This document shows positions 38,231-52,834 of a stretch of DNA of 64,000 bases, piece after piece. The first letter of the stretch is position 1. Every line of letters starts with the position of its first letter. Origin of the DNA: Octopus vulgaris (taxonomy: Eukaryota); assembly GCA_951406725.2 (NCBI GenBank), contig OX597824.1, positions 45,880,001 through 45,944,000 on the forward strand, given 5' to 3'. A program made the translations under genes and the position numbers. Below the pieces are notes generated by a model, which was not told the DNA's origin, did no database searches, and saw nothing but the letters and a program-made list of their open reading frames with translations.

Positions 38231-39369
38231 GTAAGATAAAGCAAAAATAAGATCTCATTAACTTTTTTAGAAATGATGACTAGTGAATGTTTCTTCACTG
38301 AAGATGATGGAACTATTTTTAAGAGATAAAAAAAGAGTAATAATTTTTTAAAAATTGATAATAAAATCTGAATCTCAGTATGGATTTGAAATAGTATGGG
38401 ATACAAGATAGTATCTCAAAAGTATTCTTGAAGTGATCAGTTTTGTCTTTTTACTAGCATAGGTTAGGTGATAGATTCATCTTGTCATCTTAGAAAGATC
38501 AACTGAAAATTCAGTGTAGTCTTTTGCATAGTAAAAATTGGCAAAGTTCCTAACTAGGTGTTTTGCTGGTATCTAGTTTCATTCTTTGTGTTTTTAAGTT
38601 CAAATTCTGTCCATGTCAGTTTTGCTATTCATTTCTGTAATGTTAGTTGACTCTAACATTCTCTTTCAATAAAATGGTTCACTTGTACTGAATAATAAAT
38701 TTGATATTTCCTATTTTATTCAGAAATGTTAGTAGAGACTTTTGGAGCTTAAGTTTGCTTTTCTATTTTTTCTGCAATATAATTTATTTTATTTTGATAT
38801 TTTTGCATTAAATATAATTTAGTCTCATTTGTCTTAGTTTCATTTTAATTCCTGATAGGATAAACTTTGCCTTTTATTCCGCTGAAGTTCATTGAGTTTA
38901 ATTTTAAAACAAAATCTTTTTGCTTTATTAGAAATCAGTATTCTTAACTGAAATTAAAATGGCAAGCTGGCAAAAGCATTACCACACCCAGAAAAATGCT
39001 TCACAGCATTTCTTCTGACTTTACAATCTGGTGTTGACTTTGCCTTTCATCCTTTTGGGGTTGATAAAATAAGTACCAGTTGAACACCGGGATTAATGTA
39101 ATCAACTTATCCACTCCCCCAAAATTACTGGCCTTGTGCCAAAGTTTGAAATCAATATTCTTAATTGAAACAGTGTCCAAAAACTAGTTTCAATATCTTG
39201 TTGAAGCCAATTTATTTGTCACTAATGTCCTTGTGAAACCTCCCATTTCTCTGTTGTTTATCAAAAACCTTGATATTTGTAAGAAATAATTATCAAAAAT
39301 GCACATTTTGAATCTTTGTTGTTTTTTTTACTTCCCCAAAATAAATTTTTTTAAATCTTTATTTTATAG

Positions 39370-39519
39370 TTAATGACAAAAAGCCTACATTCAAATACAG
39401 AGGATGAATTGGAGTCCAGAGTACGCACACTCACAGAAAGTCTCATTCAGAAACAGACTGTTCTGGAAGCCATAAGCACAGAAAAAAACTCCCTGTCTCT
39501 TCAACTGGAAAGGCTTGAG
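39370..39519 (+). CDS. GOLGA5: Golgin-84 coding exon 10
   Basis: Acceptor ttatag; encodes LMTKSLHSNTEDELESRVRTLTESLIQKQTVLEAISTEKNSLSLQLERLE, a conserved golgin-84 block; donor gtatga. Confidence 0.95.
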
Positions 39520-39787
39520 GTATGACATAATAATTATTACAGTTCTGGTTTTTATTACAGAAAATCTCATCTGTAACAAAACTAAGTTTGCTATTCACCA
39601 TAAATTACCTCATTATCAGTTTTATCCTTTTTGTGTCTCATTCTGTGTGAATTTTTGAGATAAATATCTTTGAAGGAATGGCTTCTTGTTTAACCATGAA
39701 GTAAAAATTTTAAATGTTGATCCCTTTAGCTTGTCAGTATAATATATTCAATTTTGTCTTATTTCTCTGAAATTCAGTAAAATAATA

Positions 39788-41034
39788 TGAGGTGGTATCA
39801 AAAAGTTCCCAGACTAGTTATGTTTAATAAAAAATAACTTATTTATCTAAGTTTTAACATGATCTCCTTTGAAATAGTCACCTTGCACAGGAATACACGA
39901 GTCCCAGCATTCCTGCCACTTTCGAAATCCAACCTGGAAGGCAGTAAAGGACCTTCTGTGATTTGCTCTGGAAACAGTCTTTTCATCTTGGGGAAGGGAT
40001 GGAAGTCTGCGGGTGCTAAATCTGGTAAATAGGGCGGGTGCGGAAGCATTACAATGTTGTTTTTGGTGAGTAACTCACAACTGAAGAGAGCTAGGGGACA
40101 GTCTGTTGTCATGAAGAATCGAATACTTCACGCTTCACAGATCTGGTTGCTTTTGCCAAATATCCTGCCTCAAATGCTTCAAAATGTTGCAGTAGGACTC
40201 TTGATTAACTCTTAGGGGACGAATTCTTGATGTACAACACCATAGATTTCGAAGAAACAATGTGCATGCTCTTTATTGAGCTGTGGTTCTGTCATGCCTT
40301 CTTCAGTTGTGGAAATGAAGGGCTCTTCCTTTGTGACAACTGCTGCTTTGTCTCAAGGTCGTACCTGTGGACTCAACTCGTCACCAGTGGTGATCCGTGA
40401 TATGAAGGATGGGTCATTAGTGGCATGCTGATGGAGATTTTGACAAACTTCAATGTGTTGTTCTTTCGGTTCATTACTTAGCAGGCAGGGGACAAACTTG
40501 GCAGAGCCATGCCGCATGTTAAATTCAGACATTAGGATTGCCTGCATGGACCCATATAATAAATCAACAGTATCAGCAGTTTCATTGATTGTCTTCTGAC
40601 AATCCTCATGCACAAGCTAAATTTTCTCCACATTTCCATGGGTGACACATGTGGCAGGTCTTCTAGATTGCTTATTGTCTTCCAGGGATGTTCTTCCACT
40701 TTTGAGGCACTTATGCCCCTTGAAACATTGTGTACGATCCATTGACTCATTGCTGTAAGCTTGCTTAATGTCTCTGTAGTAGACTTCTGAAGTTTAAAAC
40801 TAAATTTCACATTGGCTCTTTGTTCTAACTTCCTGTCCATGACAAAATCGCAGACTACAGCATACATGTGATCACAAAAACACAAATTTCACAACTTGTG
40901 AAGTAAGCACAATGATGTCACTCAGCACACTGCTTCATGAAGGTCACTGCTAGCTCTCACTGTGCATGCAACCATGTGCTGCTATCTTTTGGCGCACTAC
41001 ATAACTAGTCCAGGAACTTTTTGATACCATCTCG
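39788..41034 (-). mobile_element. Full-length defective mariner element
   Basis: TIRs tgaggtggtatcaaaaagttcccagactagttatg / cataactagtccaggaactttttgataccatctcg, TA TSDs, about 1.25 kb. Broken ORFs contain EQRANVKF, SAKFVP, ITTGDE and PHPPYLPDLAPADF. Confidence 0.93.
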
Positions 41035-41274
41035 TACTAACATTGCAGGCCAGATATCTGTATAACTTTCTTTAGAAAAGTCCCTTAGGAGAATAAGATA
41101 CTTTACTTAAGAATTTAAAGTGACATCTTTGGAACTTGTAGTCTTCAAGAAGAGAGAATATATAAAGTTTAAGTGTTTTGGATAGAAAAGACCCCAGAAA
41201 ATATATTTGTGTATTTATATTTCCATACATGTGTTTAAGTCTATGCTCAGTTTGTGTGTGTATGGTTATGTAAA

Positions 41275-41361
<87 letters not shown>

Positions 41362-41684
41362 TCATACAGAGAGTGTATATTTCAGATTGTAGTTTTCTAC
41401 TCATACCTTGTGTAGTTGTACAAATTTAGGTGTCAGTATTTGAACAAGTATATTAAATATTATTAAATGATTGGAAGCCTGTTTTTGCTAACAAATATAG
41501 CTTAGCTTGAAGGTTAGACCTGTGACATTAAAACTATTGATTGAGACAAGTGTTGTGGTATCAATTACTTATATGATGACATAAATTCAATGCTGACAGC
41601 TGGGTTTAAAAATTCAATTACATCTCGCCTCCTTTACCTCCCTGAATTGTGTGCTTCAAATACCACTTTACTTCTTTTTGACAG

Positions 41685-41760
41685 CAACAATATAAAGATG
41701 TCCAGATGTCTATAGGACGTACCACTTCCACTGGAATATCTGTCAATGAAAATGAAGATG
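41685..41760 (+). CDS. GOLGA5: Golgin-84 coding exon 11
   Basis: Acceptor ttttgacag; encodes QQYKDVQMSIGRTTSTGISVNENED; donor G|gtgagt; phase 0 to 1, needed to keep frame. Confidence 0.9.
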
Positions 41761-42395
41761 GTGAGTATTTAAAATAAAATTCTTCCTGTGAGTCACAACC
41801 ATTTAAATCAATAGACCTACAGCTTACTGGCTAAAGATCATTGCTTCATATCTTATTTCAGGCAGGGAGACTTAAAATCTCAGTCACTCAGCATACCTAT
41901 TAGCTAACATGGAGGAGAAGTGCACAGTGACAGCAGTGATGAGAGAAGCACTGAGCTTTAATAGTTAGCTGAACCATGATTTAATTTTGTTCATGGATTT
42001 GGAGACAACAAAAAATACCTATTGGTTTATCTTAGATGATAGAAATAACTTTTCTTAATGAGAATATCAAAGAAACTTTTTGAATTTGCATAACTAAATA
42101 TTAAAGTAAGGAAATAAGATAAAATTTGACCAAAATTCCCTTTTGTTTCAAGACCGAGACTTTGTTAGTCCAATTTTACTATGATTCAACTTGGGATATT
42201 TTCAGTCATCATTAGCTAATTTGAAATAAAGTTATCTCTAGCTCATTATCTTCTAGGATTTTGCTGGGTTGGTTGGATATATATATACATATATATCCTG
42301 CAATTATATGGATAATCAGTAACATCGTAGGACCTTACTACCATACCATTTGTTGGTGTTTTGTTGTCCCAAAGCAGGACGCTATTTAGAATATA

Positions 42396-43650
42396 TTGGG
42401 TCATCTCATAAATAATGTGGTTTTCTTATACTTCTTTTATTTTTCAAAATTAAAATAAACGATGTTCTCTTTTTAATCTAAAATATACTCTCCTTCATTT
42501 TCTACAATGCTCTTCCATCTATCTAGTAGACTTGCTAGGCTCCTCTTCCAAAATTCACTTGTCTGTGATAGAAAATACTCCTCCACTACTGTTCTGACCT
42601 CGTCTACAGAATTCATATTTTTTACATCCAAATGATTGCAGAATAAATGATAATCAGATGGGGCAATGTCTGGCGAATATGGTGGGTGGGGTATTGTTTC
42701 CCATTCAAACTGCTCCAAACCTTTGGAATGTCATCCTTGCTGTATGCAGTCAAGCAGCATCCATTGGAAGAACACCTTTTGTCTTGAAACCAAAGATGGT
42801 CATTTTTCTTCTAACACTGACTTAAGCTGCTCATAGTAGATCTCCTTTGTTATTTGGTTTGAGTTCAAAGTAGACTAAATCTTTCATATCCCACCAAACA
42901 GATAACAACACGTTACGTGGGTGAAGACTTCTTTATCCTGGGGTGCCAATGTTTCTTCTTTCCTTACTCACTGTCTTCAGTGCTTGACATTTTTATAGGG
43001 AACCCATTTCGTGTCACCAGTCACTATTCAGTCCAAAACAGGTTCATTCATGAGACGTGACACAAAAAAAGCACACATTCACTCCCTGCATGTGATTAGA
43101 CTCAGAAAGTTTGTGAGGAATCCATTGATCTAATTTGCTGACTTTTCTGATGGCATGCAGGTGTTGACAAATGATTGAATAACCAAATCCAAGCTTCTCT
43201 GCTAGTTCCTCAACAGTTATGATGGGATTTTTTCCACCAGGCTTTGCAGGATGTTCTTGTCGAGCTCTACAGATCCTCCAGGATGAGGCTCATCTTCTAG
43301 GCTGTAGTTTCCAGCTAGGAATTTCTGGAGCTACCATTGACACTGGCTTACATTTATTGTCCAATCCTCATATACTGCATTAATATTCCTCACACTTTCC
43401 ATTGTGTTGTTGCCTTTATTGAACTCATAAAGCAAAATGTGCCAAATATGCTCCTTTGTCACTTACATTATAGCTTTGAAAAAACAACTGTTAAAATTGA
43501 ACTGCACTCTTTAAAACTTGCACTAAGAATAAGGACAAAGTAAAATTACTACCTGCTTTTATAGTAAGTTGGTGCAAGTAATTTATCCCTTACCCCTCTG
43601 ACTTTTAGGTCATGCAGTTGAAAAACTGCATTATTTATGGGTTGACCCAA
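42396..43650 (-). mobile_element. Full-length defective mariner element, second family
   Basis: TIRs ttgggtcatctcataaataatg / cattatttatgggttgacccaa, TA flanks, about 1.25 kb; ORF piece PHPPYSPDIAPSDYHLF...GEY. Confidence 0.93.
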
Positions 43651-43789
43651 TATATAAGAACTTCTGGGGAAATTTTTGTTTTTTGATTGATTGATAGCTT
43701 ATCCAGAGAAAGATTTATCTCATCCAATTACTGTTACACATTTTGTTATCATTTCCATGGATAATGACCATGTTTTCATTTTATTGTAG

Positions 43790-43886
43790 TTCGACAGAGA
43801 CTGCCATTGTTTTTAAGGGAGGCTGCCACAGACCATGAAATGACGCGTCGTATGAAGCGAGCTGCAAATACCATTGATAAATTTAG
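43790..43886 (+). CDS. GOLGA5: Golgin-84 coding exon 12
   Basis: Acceptor ttgtag; encodes (V)RQRLPLFLREAATDHEMTRRMKRAANTIDKF; donor AG|gtaagt; phase 1 to 2. Confidence 0.94.
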
Positions 43887-44996
43887 GTAAGTTTTTTTTT
43901 TTCTTCAAAATGTTGTTGTCCCTTCCTACCTTGAAGTCTAGAAGTTATGATTTCTAGCTTTCATCCTGGTGATTCAGATTTAATTCCTATCATTAAAATG
44001 CTAACAAGCCAGTAATTGAATTTTATGTAGTCCTTGAATTTGCTTGAAATAGTAGCCAAATCTCTCTCACGCCATCATCCTTCAAGTGATGAAAGACCAT
44101 ATTGTATGATGTAGTCTGAGATAAAATGTCTAAATAGGCAGGATGGTCATGGCTAGAATGCTTTTGACCATAGCTCTTTTCAGGTCTGATTCAGGACTAA
44201 ACAATACTTGACCATTTCTTTTTTGTTTCATTAAAATATTTCTGATAAAAAGGAAAATATGGTGGGTCATTAAACATTGATGAAGTAAATGCTATCCACA
44301 GATACTGTGGCTTGATAATTACGTTGAATTATAATTCTGTAGAATTAAAATCTCAGCAAAATACATCATCCTTAATTTATCTATTTTTGAAGAGGGGAGG
44401 AATATGTGCATCTATGCATGCATACACACACACACACTTTTACACACTATACCATTTTTAAAACATATATAAAATATCATTATATTGGTTTCAAATTTTG
44501 GCACAAGGCCAGCAATTTTGGGGGAAAGTGGTAAGTCAGTTACATTGACCCTAATATTCAACTGGGACTTATTCTATTGACCCCAAAAGGACAAGAGGCA
44601 AAGTCTACCTTAGCAAAATTTGAACTCAGAATGTAGAGACAGACAAAATGCCACTAAGCATTTCACTTGGCATGTTAACAATTCTGCCAGCTTGCCACAT
44701 CATTATATTGAATGCTATTTATATAGAAAGAAATTATAAATATAGTTATTTAGAATTTCTTTCTTTGTAATCTGTTTAAACAATAACTCTATGATCTGGT
44801 TTTGCTAATTAGGCACTTGGCATATATCTCCATGGTTTTTGAGATGTACATATTGCATCACATAATTTCATTCCTCCCATCTCTCTATGCTTAGGAAGAT
44901 TTTTATGTATTTTATTTATAATTTGCTATGAAATTGAAAAGAAAATACATTTTGGCAAATGCCTATTCTACATTTTTTCTTCTTTCATGCTTCCAG

Positions 44997-45060
44997 TGTA
45001 AGATTAGGAGTTTTTCTACGCAGATACCCCATTGCACGAGTATTTGTGATAGTTTACATG
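44997..45060 (+). CDS. GOLGA5: Golgin-84 coding exon 13
   Basis: Acceptor ttccag; encodes (S)VRLGVFLRRYPIARVFVIVYM, the diagnostic juxtamembrane/TM start of golgin-84; donor gtaagt. Confidence 0.96.
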
Positions 45061-46169
45061 GTAAGTGATTTCTTCTGAATTTTACTCCATTTTTCTGAGT
45101 AACTGGAACTATACCAACAGTCTTTTATGTATCCTATACAGAAGGGTTTAGTGTGGTTAACATAAAATTTGAATTGTTACAAAATTGTTGTTAGAGACTT
45201 CTGGAAATATGGCTGGTAAGGGACTTACTGAGAGATGTCATCATCATCATCATTTTTATGTCCACTTTTCTAGCTTGCATGGGTTGGATGGAGTTTTGTT
45301 GTAGCATATTTTGTACAGCCCCTTCTGTCATTAACCCTCACCTGTTTCCATGTAAGTCAATACTTTCCCTTTACCAGACCACTTGCATGACAGTGACAGC
45401 TATCACATTATGTTAAGGCAAGAAGACAGAAAGACATGCACATGCACATATGTACGTACATACATACATATGCACACACCCATATGTACATATATACTAC
45501 AAACATGCATGCATACATACACACATGTACATACATAAATTATATAAACATGCGTATGTACATACAAACATGCATGCATGTTTATTCACATTTTTTTGAA
45601 TTAATCATGTATTATCTGATAGCTTTGAGATTTTGATGATGTGATTGTTTATTTTTAGAATGACATTGTTAGGTCATGTGAGGGACTGGATCTGGCCAGT
45701 TTGAACATAAAACAAGGTAGAATATTTGGGTCTGATTTAGCTGGTTTAAATGTTAAAGGGTTAAATAAGGATTGGTTTCGATGTTTAGCATGGGGTCTAT
45801 GAAATAAGCGAGATGAATGAGAAAGGAGAGTTTAGTGTACTAAGTAGCTGTAAGCATCAGTCGTTTAAAGTCATCAACTTTAGAGGAGTAGAGGTAATTT
45901 GCAAGAAAAGAATTGCATGACAAAGACAGAAGAGACAAAGATAGAAAACTGGGTTAAAGTGATGGTAGATATGATCAAGAGCTGAACAAGTTCCAGTAGC
46001 ACATGGCTTCGAAATTAAAAAAAAGGACTAAATTGTAGAAAATAAAAAGCAAAAAGAATCTTAATTTTGACTTTCAATTTCAAATATTTTATTTTCCTAT
46101 TTTTGTTTTGTTTTGAAAAATATTCTTAAACTCCTTATTTATTTTTCATTTTATTTTTATTTTTTTCAG

Positions 46170-46247
46170 GCCTTATTACACCTATGGGTAATGGTGGTTC
46201 TGCTGACATATAAACCAGAGATCCATAATTCCAACTTTCCAAATTAA
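46170..46247 (+). CDS. GOLGA5: Golgin-84 final coding exon (TM end and short lumenal tail)
   Basis: Long poly-T tract and cag acceptor; encodes ALLHLWVMVVLLTYKPEIHNSNFPN then TAA at 46245-46247. Summed CDS is 2175 nt = 724 aa plus stop. Confidence 0.96.
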   Translation, partial: ALLHLWVMVVLLTYKPEIHNSNFPN

Positions 46248-46844
46248 AATCACTGACACTTTTCAGTTGTATTTCAACTGGTGTTTGTAAATATTTGTAT
46301 AAAAGAAAACAAACAAAATGAGGGTTACAAAATGGATGTTTTTTTTTTTTTTTTTCCCCACAAATAAGCTGGAATAGAAGAAGAAAGTGATGCTTTTTAA
46401 TGGCAGTGATAGTGATGTCTCTACTGCAACCTGTGGTTTTTCTTTTCTTTGTGGTTTGCTCCAAATTATATTTGAAGCAATATTAATATATTCTGGAGAA
46501 ATAATATATATATAAAGTCTCTCTTTCTCTGACTATATCTCTGCTTTGTTCTCTCTCTTTCTGTCTCATTTTCTCTCTTACACACACACATAAATGCAGT
46601 ATGGACACAATATGTAACTTTTATGCTGGGAAAATGTTCAATAATGAAATGCTGCTCTGGAACTCTCTCTCTTACCACAAATATTTTTAAAATTGTTTTT
46701 TTTTTTTTGTTTCTCTTTTGTGGTTTAGTTCCTTGATACATTTGTTTGATAACCTCGGGACATTTTTATGTGATAAAAAGTATTTTTAAAAAGTTACTGA
46801 AGATAACTATGAAACTAACAACATGTTGCAAATTGGCTATTGAA

Positions 46845-47655
46845 AATGATGATGGTAATGTAGCACATTGGACAAAATGCCTAGCAGCATTTCTTTCCAG
46901 TGCATTATGTACTGAGTTCAAATCCCACTAAGGTTAACTTTGCCTTTCAACCTTTCAGAATTGATAAAATAAGTACCAGTCAAGTACGGGGGGGTTCAAT
47001 GTAATCAGCTCTCCCCACCCCCTTAAAATTATCAGCCTTATGCTAAGATTAGAAAGAAATTATTATTATTATTTCTCTTTATCATAAGCTTTGTTGGAGC
47101 TCCTGGAGTCTTACATAAATAGTGGGCTTGCTACCTGCAGCCTACAGTACCATGCTATCTAATACCTTCCTGATTATTCTGATTATTCTTCTTATTATTA
47201 TTATCATTAAGGTGGTGAGCTAGCAGAATCATTAACACGCTGGTGACATTTCACCCGTCTTTACATTCTGAGTTGAAATTCCCTGAAGTTGACTTTGCCT
47301 TCCATCCTTTCAGGGTCGATAAAATAAGTACCAGTTGAACACTAGGATCGATGTAATCGACTTACTCCCCACTCCTCGACATTGCTGGCCTTGTACCAAA
47401 ATTTGAAACCATCATAATTATTATTATTATTAAGGCGGTGTGCTGGCAGAATCGTTAGCATGCTGGACGAAATGCTTAGCAGTATTTCATATGTCTTCAT
47501 GTTCTGAGTTTAAATTCTGCCAAGGTCAACTTTGCCTTTCATCCTTTCAGAGTCGATAAATTAAGTACTGGTGAAACACTGGGGTCAATGTAATTGACTG
47601 TCCCTCTTCCCCAAATTTCAGTCCCTTTTGCCTATAGTAGAAAGGATTATTATTA

Positions 47656-47686
<31 letters not shown>

Positions 47687-49140
47687 CTGGTGAACTGGCA
47701 GAATTGTTAAATGTGTTGGGTAAAATGCTTTGCAGTACTTCTTTTGGTTCTTTACATTCTAAGTTCAAATCTCGCTGAGGTTAATTTTGCTATTCATCTT
47801 TTTGGGATTGATAAAACACAGCACCAGTCAAGTACTAGGGTTTATGGTATCATTTAATGCCTTCCCCTCAAAATTGTTGGCCTTGAGCCTAAATCTAGAA
47901 ACTATTGTTGCGTATCTTTAATAGTTCGTATTTCCTTTCAACAGGTTTTAACAGATATCTGTTAAAATCGTACATTTATATGCAATCTTCTACTGCATCA
48001 CCAATGTACATCAGTCTTCCTAAAGTGTGTGCTGAAATATCTTTTGGGGTGTATGCTGGTGTTTTATTGTTGTTTCTGATGTTATTGTTGGTTTTGTAGA
48101 ATGTGTTGTGAGACATGTTGGTTATTGGGAAATGTATGTGTTAAGTGAGTTATTTTATAGTGTTGGGTAATGGTTGTGTAGAATATATCGAGAGCTGTTT
48201 ATGTAAAATATCTGTGGTATGATTTGTGTTATTGTGAGTTTAGTCTGTGTAAGTTGGACTACTGGACTTGGTTGAAAGCATCTTTTGTAGAATGTGGATT
48301 CGAAATAGCAGTTTTTTTTTTTGTTTTTTGTTTTTGATTCTGTGTAAAGTCATAAAACCCTGGTATAGTTTCGTTTATATTCATATTCTTTGTGATATTC
48401 AGTGCACAGATTATTATTAGTACTTTTTTATAATTTCCCGTGTCTTGTTTATTTTTGCTTCAGGGCACTTGTAGCTATCTTTTATCTTTTACTTGTTTCA
48501 GTCATTAGATTGCAGCCATGCTGGGGCACCACCTTGAAGAATGTTTTTTGATAAAAGTACTATCATAAAAATGGTAAATTAGCTCTGGAAAAATGCCTTG
48601 TGGCATTTCTTGTGGCTCTTTATGTTATGAGTTCAAGTCCCACCAAGGCTAACTTTGCCTTTCATTCCATTGGGGGTGGGGGGTTTATAAAATAAGATAA
48701 CAGTCAAATAGTGGAGTCAGTGGTATCGAGCAACCTCCTCCCCTCAAAATGGTTGGCCTTGTGTTTAAATTAAAAACCATTTTAAAAATTATTTTGGGGT
48801 AGTGAAGGCAGTGAACTAGCAGAATCGCAAGCATGCCAGGCAAAATGCTTAGCAGCATTTTATCTATACTTACATTCTAAGTTTGAATTCTGCTGAGCTT
48901 GACTTTGCCTTTCATCCTTTTGTGATTGATAAATTATGTCCCAGTTGAACACTGAGGTCAACATAATCAAATTACTCACTCCGCCGAGATTGCTGGCATT
49001 GTACTAAAATCTGAAACCATTATCATTGGGCAGTACAATTGTTAAAATGTGAGACAACACATCTTTGCAGTGTTTAGTTATTGCTCTTTATGCTTCAAGT
49101 ACAAATCCCACCGAGGCTAATAGACTAAAGTACCAGTCAA
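46845..49140 (+). repeat. Head-to-tail cluster of family A SINEs separated by (ATT)n tails
   Basis: At least 6-7 same-strand copies (about 46845, 47209, 47431, 47687, 48570, 48805, 49030); a further cluster at about 51115-51760. Confidence 0.85.
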
Positions 49141-50677
49141 GTATTTAGGTCTGTCATGAATATTAGGACTTGTAAGGTTGGAGCTTAATCCAGCTTCCAT
49201 GGCATATTACTCCCTACCTCCAAATTGGATGCCATTCTGTTGCAGAATTTACTAAACAGCTACTGCCGGGACTCATTTACAGATGAGTGGACTGGAGCAA
49301 TGCAAAATGAAGTGCTTGGTTCAAGAATGAAACACACCACTGGTCCAGGAAGCAAAACCATGATCTTAGATTGTGAGTGCAACACTCTAACCCCTAGGCC
49401 ATATATCAAATATTGAGGTGAATATTATATACTTTACCCCTCTTTTCAAATTTGTGGTCTTGTCTTGTTCCTTATAAGTTATAAAATGTGTACTCAAGAA
49501 GACCAGCCCACCGCAACAGAATTGAAATCCTAAAACCAAGGTGCCATGTAAAAAGCATTGGTGTGGGTACTGGTGTTAGAGAAAATGTACCCAGTACACT
49601 CTGTAGAGTGGCTGGCATCAGGAAGGGCTCCCAGCCTTAGAAACCAAGCCTAAACAGACTAGAACCTGGTGTGGCCTTTGACCTTGCCAATTCCTGCCAA
49701 GCCATCCAACCCATGCCAGCATGGAAAACAGACATTAAATGATGACGACAAAGCAGCAGTAGCAGCTGCAGACTTTATGTAGCTGGCAAGTTAGTTGATT
49801 TTATATTCTCAAGTGCATGTAGCTTCATACACCATTGAGTCATTCATCACTGGTGTGGGATAACATGCTACGCCCAATTGTGAACCAAGTATATGCTTAT
49901 CATGGATTGATCAGTGATGGCATGAGTTGGCGATCAGTCGAAGATTCTGTCTGTATCACAAAAACATGCCCCAGCTATCACCCACAGTGCTCAGTTGCTC
50001 ACAATGCACTGACTAATGTTTGTGCTTACATAACCATGTTGTGAGGCTGCGTATTTTTTTTTATATGGATTTATGCACTCATACCCATCAACATGGGACC
50101 AGTGAATAGAAAACGTGTGAAGGCACTGGGTCTTAACAAATGACACAAGACAAGTGTTAATTACTTATTGGGACACCATATTTTCCCATCTTTGATTGCA
50201 TTGTTGTTTACATTAGACTTATTCAGATATGAAATGTTATAACAAATCAGTGCTGGCTATAATTTCTGTAGAAAACAGATAACTGCAGCAAAAGGTAGAA
50301 ATGATGATGAGTATACTTGATGGTGAAAGTATCATTGCTGTGGGGTGCAAATTTGGTATCAATTAATCTACCATTTGTTCCATTTACAAAGTATGTGCAG
50401 ATAATTAATTTAACACTGATTCATTTATCACAGTGCACAGTGTCTTTTTTGAAACCAACCTCTGTTATAAATGAGGATAAATGTATTAAGTTTCTGCCAT
50501 GATATCTCACTGGAGTTGGTTTTGTCTTTTATCGTTTTGGAATTGGTAAAATAAATACTATAATCATTCAAGAGATTATATTCCCTTTTCTTAGTTATAA
50601 AAGAAAACATTACTATTATAAGAAATTATTGATTCATTTTGACTTGGCGCACGAAACTTATTTTTAGGACAGAATAG

Positions 50678-50710
<33 letters not shown>

Positions 50711-52834
50711 ACAACAATGATAATAATCCTTTCTGCTAAAGGCACTAGGCCTGAAATTTGTGGGAAGGGAACTAGTCAATTATACTGGCTCCAGTGTTCC
50801 ACTGGTATTTATTTTATTGACCCTGAAAGGATGAAAGACAAAGGTGACCTTGGTGGAATTTGAACTCAGTAAAGACGGATGAAATGCTGGGAATTTTTTC
50901 ATATCACTGTTTCCAGTACTTGGCTGGTATTTTATTTTATCAACAATGACCTATTGGCTTTAATTAGGGCTAATTTTGAAATTATAAGTCCAACAAGATG
51001 TATGGTTTACAACATTGAAGTACCAAGAATAGAGTATGTTTTATTTATTGACCTTGAAAGACTGAAATGCAAAACTGACCTTGACAGGTCCTTCGAACTT
51101 TTTTGACTCATTACTTTCTGAGTTCAAATTTTGCTAAATTTGACTTTACCTTTCAGCCTTTCAAGGTTGATAAAATAAGTACTAGTTGAGCATTGAAGTT
51201 GATGTGATTACTCCAGCCCCTAAAACTGCTGGCCTTGTGCCAAAACTTCTGGTAGAATTGTTAGCTTGTCAGATAAAATGCTTTGCAGCAATTCTTTCGA
51301 CTCTGTACATTCTGAGTTCAAATTCCATTGAGGTTGACTTTGTCGTTCATCCTCTGGGAGGTGGAGAGGTTTAAAAAAAAGTTAAGTACCAGTCAACTAC
51401 TAGAGCCAATGCAATCAACTTACCCTTCCCTTAAAATTGCCAGCTTTGTACTACAAAAATTTGAATTCACTACTGCTGCTACTACTACTACTACTACTAC
51501 TTATTATTATTAAGGCAGCAAGGTGCATGATTATTAGCACACGGGACAAAATGATTAGTGGCATTTACATTCTGAGTTCAAATTCTGCTGAGGTTGACTT
51601 TGCCTTTCATCCTATCAGGGTTGATAAAGTATCAGTTGAGCATTGGGTCAATGTAATTGACTATCCCTGTTTCTGTGTGCCTATTGTAGAAAGAATTATT
51701 ATTATTATGTAATTGGGTCAACTTTACCCTCCACTCCCAATAGTTGATAAAACAAGTACCACTTTATTGGATTATGTCTCCTTGACATATGTCTGGCCAA
51801 TATGACTAGTGTGTGCACCATCCTGAGAACTCATTATTATAGTTATCGTGAAAAGGTGTGGCTCTGTGGGAAGAAGCTTGTTTCCCCACCACATGGTTCT
51901 AGGTTCAGTCTCACTGCATGGTACCTTGTGAGAGGATTTTGTAGACAGAAACTGAAAGAAAGCCCGTTGTATGTCTGTGTCTTTGTGTCTATATTTGTCC
52001 CTCACCACTGCTTGATGTGTCTACATCCCTGTAACTTAGCAGTTTGATAAAAAAAAAGAGACCGATATCAGGCTTTTCAAAAATCAGTATTAGGATTGAT
52101 ACATTCAACTTGAAGTTCTTCAAGGTTGTGCCCCAGCATGGTCACAGCCAAATGACTGAAACAGGTAAAAGATAAAAGCTAAAATTATTAACTATTACTA
52201 GAGATCCTGAAATCAAATGTAACAATTCCAGTTTTTATAGATTGTTTGATATTCGACTGTGTACGTTAAATGATATTTCTCTCTCACTGGACGGAGTATT
52301 TGTTTTGTTCATGCCTTTTTCAATGGCATTAGTAAAATAAATGCAATGGAATGATTTCAGTCAGGAGTTAAAATCTAGCAGCCTTTGGAGCTTCTACTCT
52401 GATAATGATGATAGTAATGGCTTGAAAATGAAGGAAGCTGAGTTGCAAAAGGGAGAAAAAAAGAAAGAAAACAAAATAGTTTGAGAAAAATGAAATGAAA
52501 TGAAATTAAAATGTTGGAAAGGGTATTAAAGACAAGAATTTAAAGTAAAACAAGTATGCTTAAATATTAATATGATTATCAAATATGTATAATTTATTCA
52601 TCTAAATTTTATTTGAAACTATCAACACAGGGAAAGGAGGTGGGTATATAAATAGATATTTATATTCTACATGATGATGATTACATGGACCAAATTGGTT
52701 GAGTATTAAAATTGTTGATATTTATACAAATGTGTTGTTGGCAGTATTTGACAAAGTCACATGTGTCTTAAATTTATATCTGCATTTTTCTTTGGACCTT
52801 TTAGCTTTTTTTTTTTCAGTTCAAGAATTCTTAA

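Noticed and set aside
38273-38371. Box C/D snoRNA-like order ATGATGA, CTGA, ATGATGG, CTGA in an intron
   Set aside because: Weak terminal stem, a long A/T-only second guide and no convincing target complementarity; plausible by chance. snoscan plus small-RNA data would settle it.
46256-46287. Small hairpin just after the stop codon as a readthrough or IRE element
   Set aside because: No CAGUGN loop, and an in-frame TGA follows two codons after the TAA.
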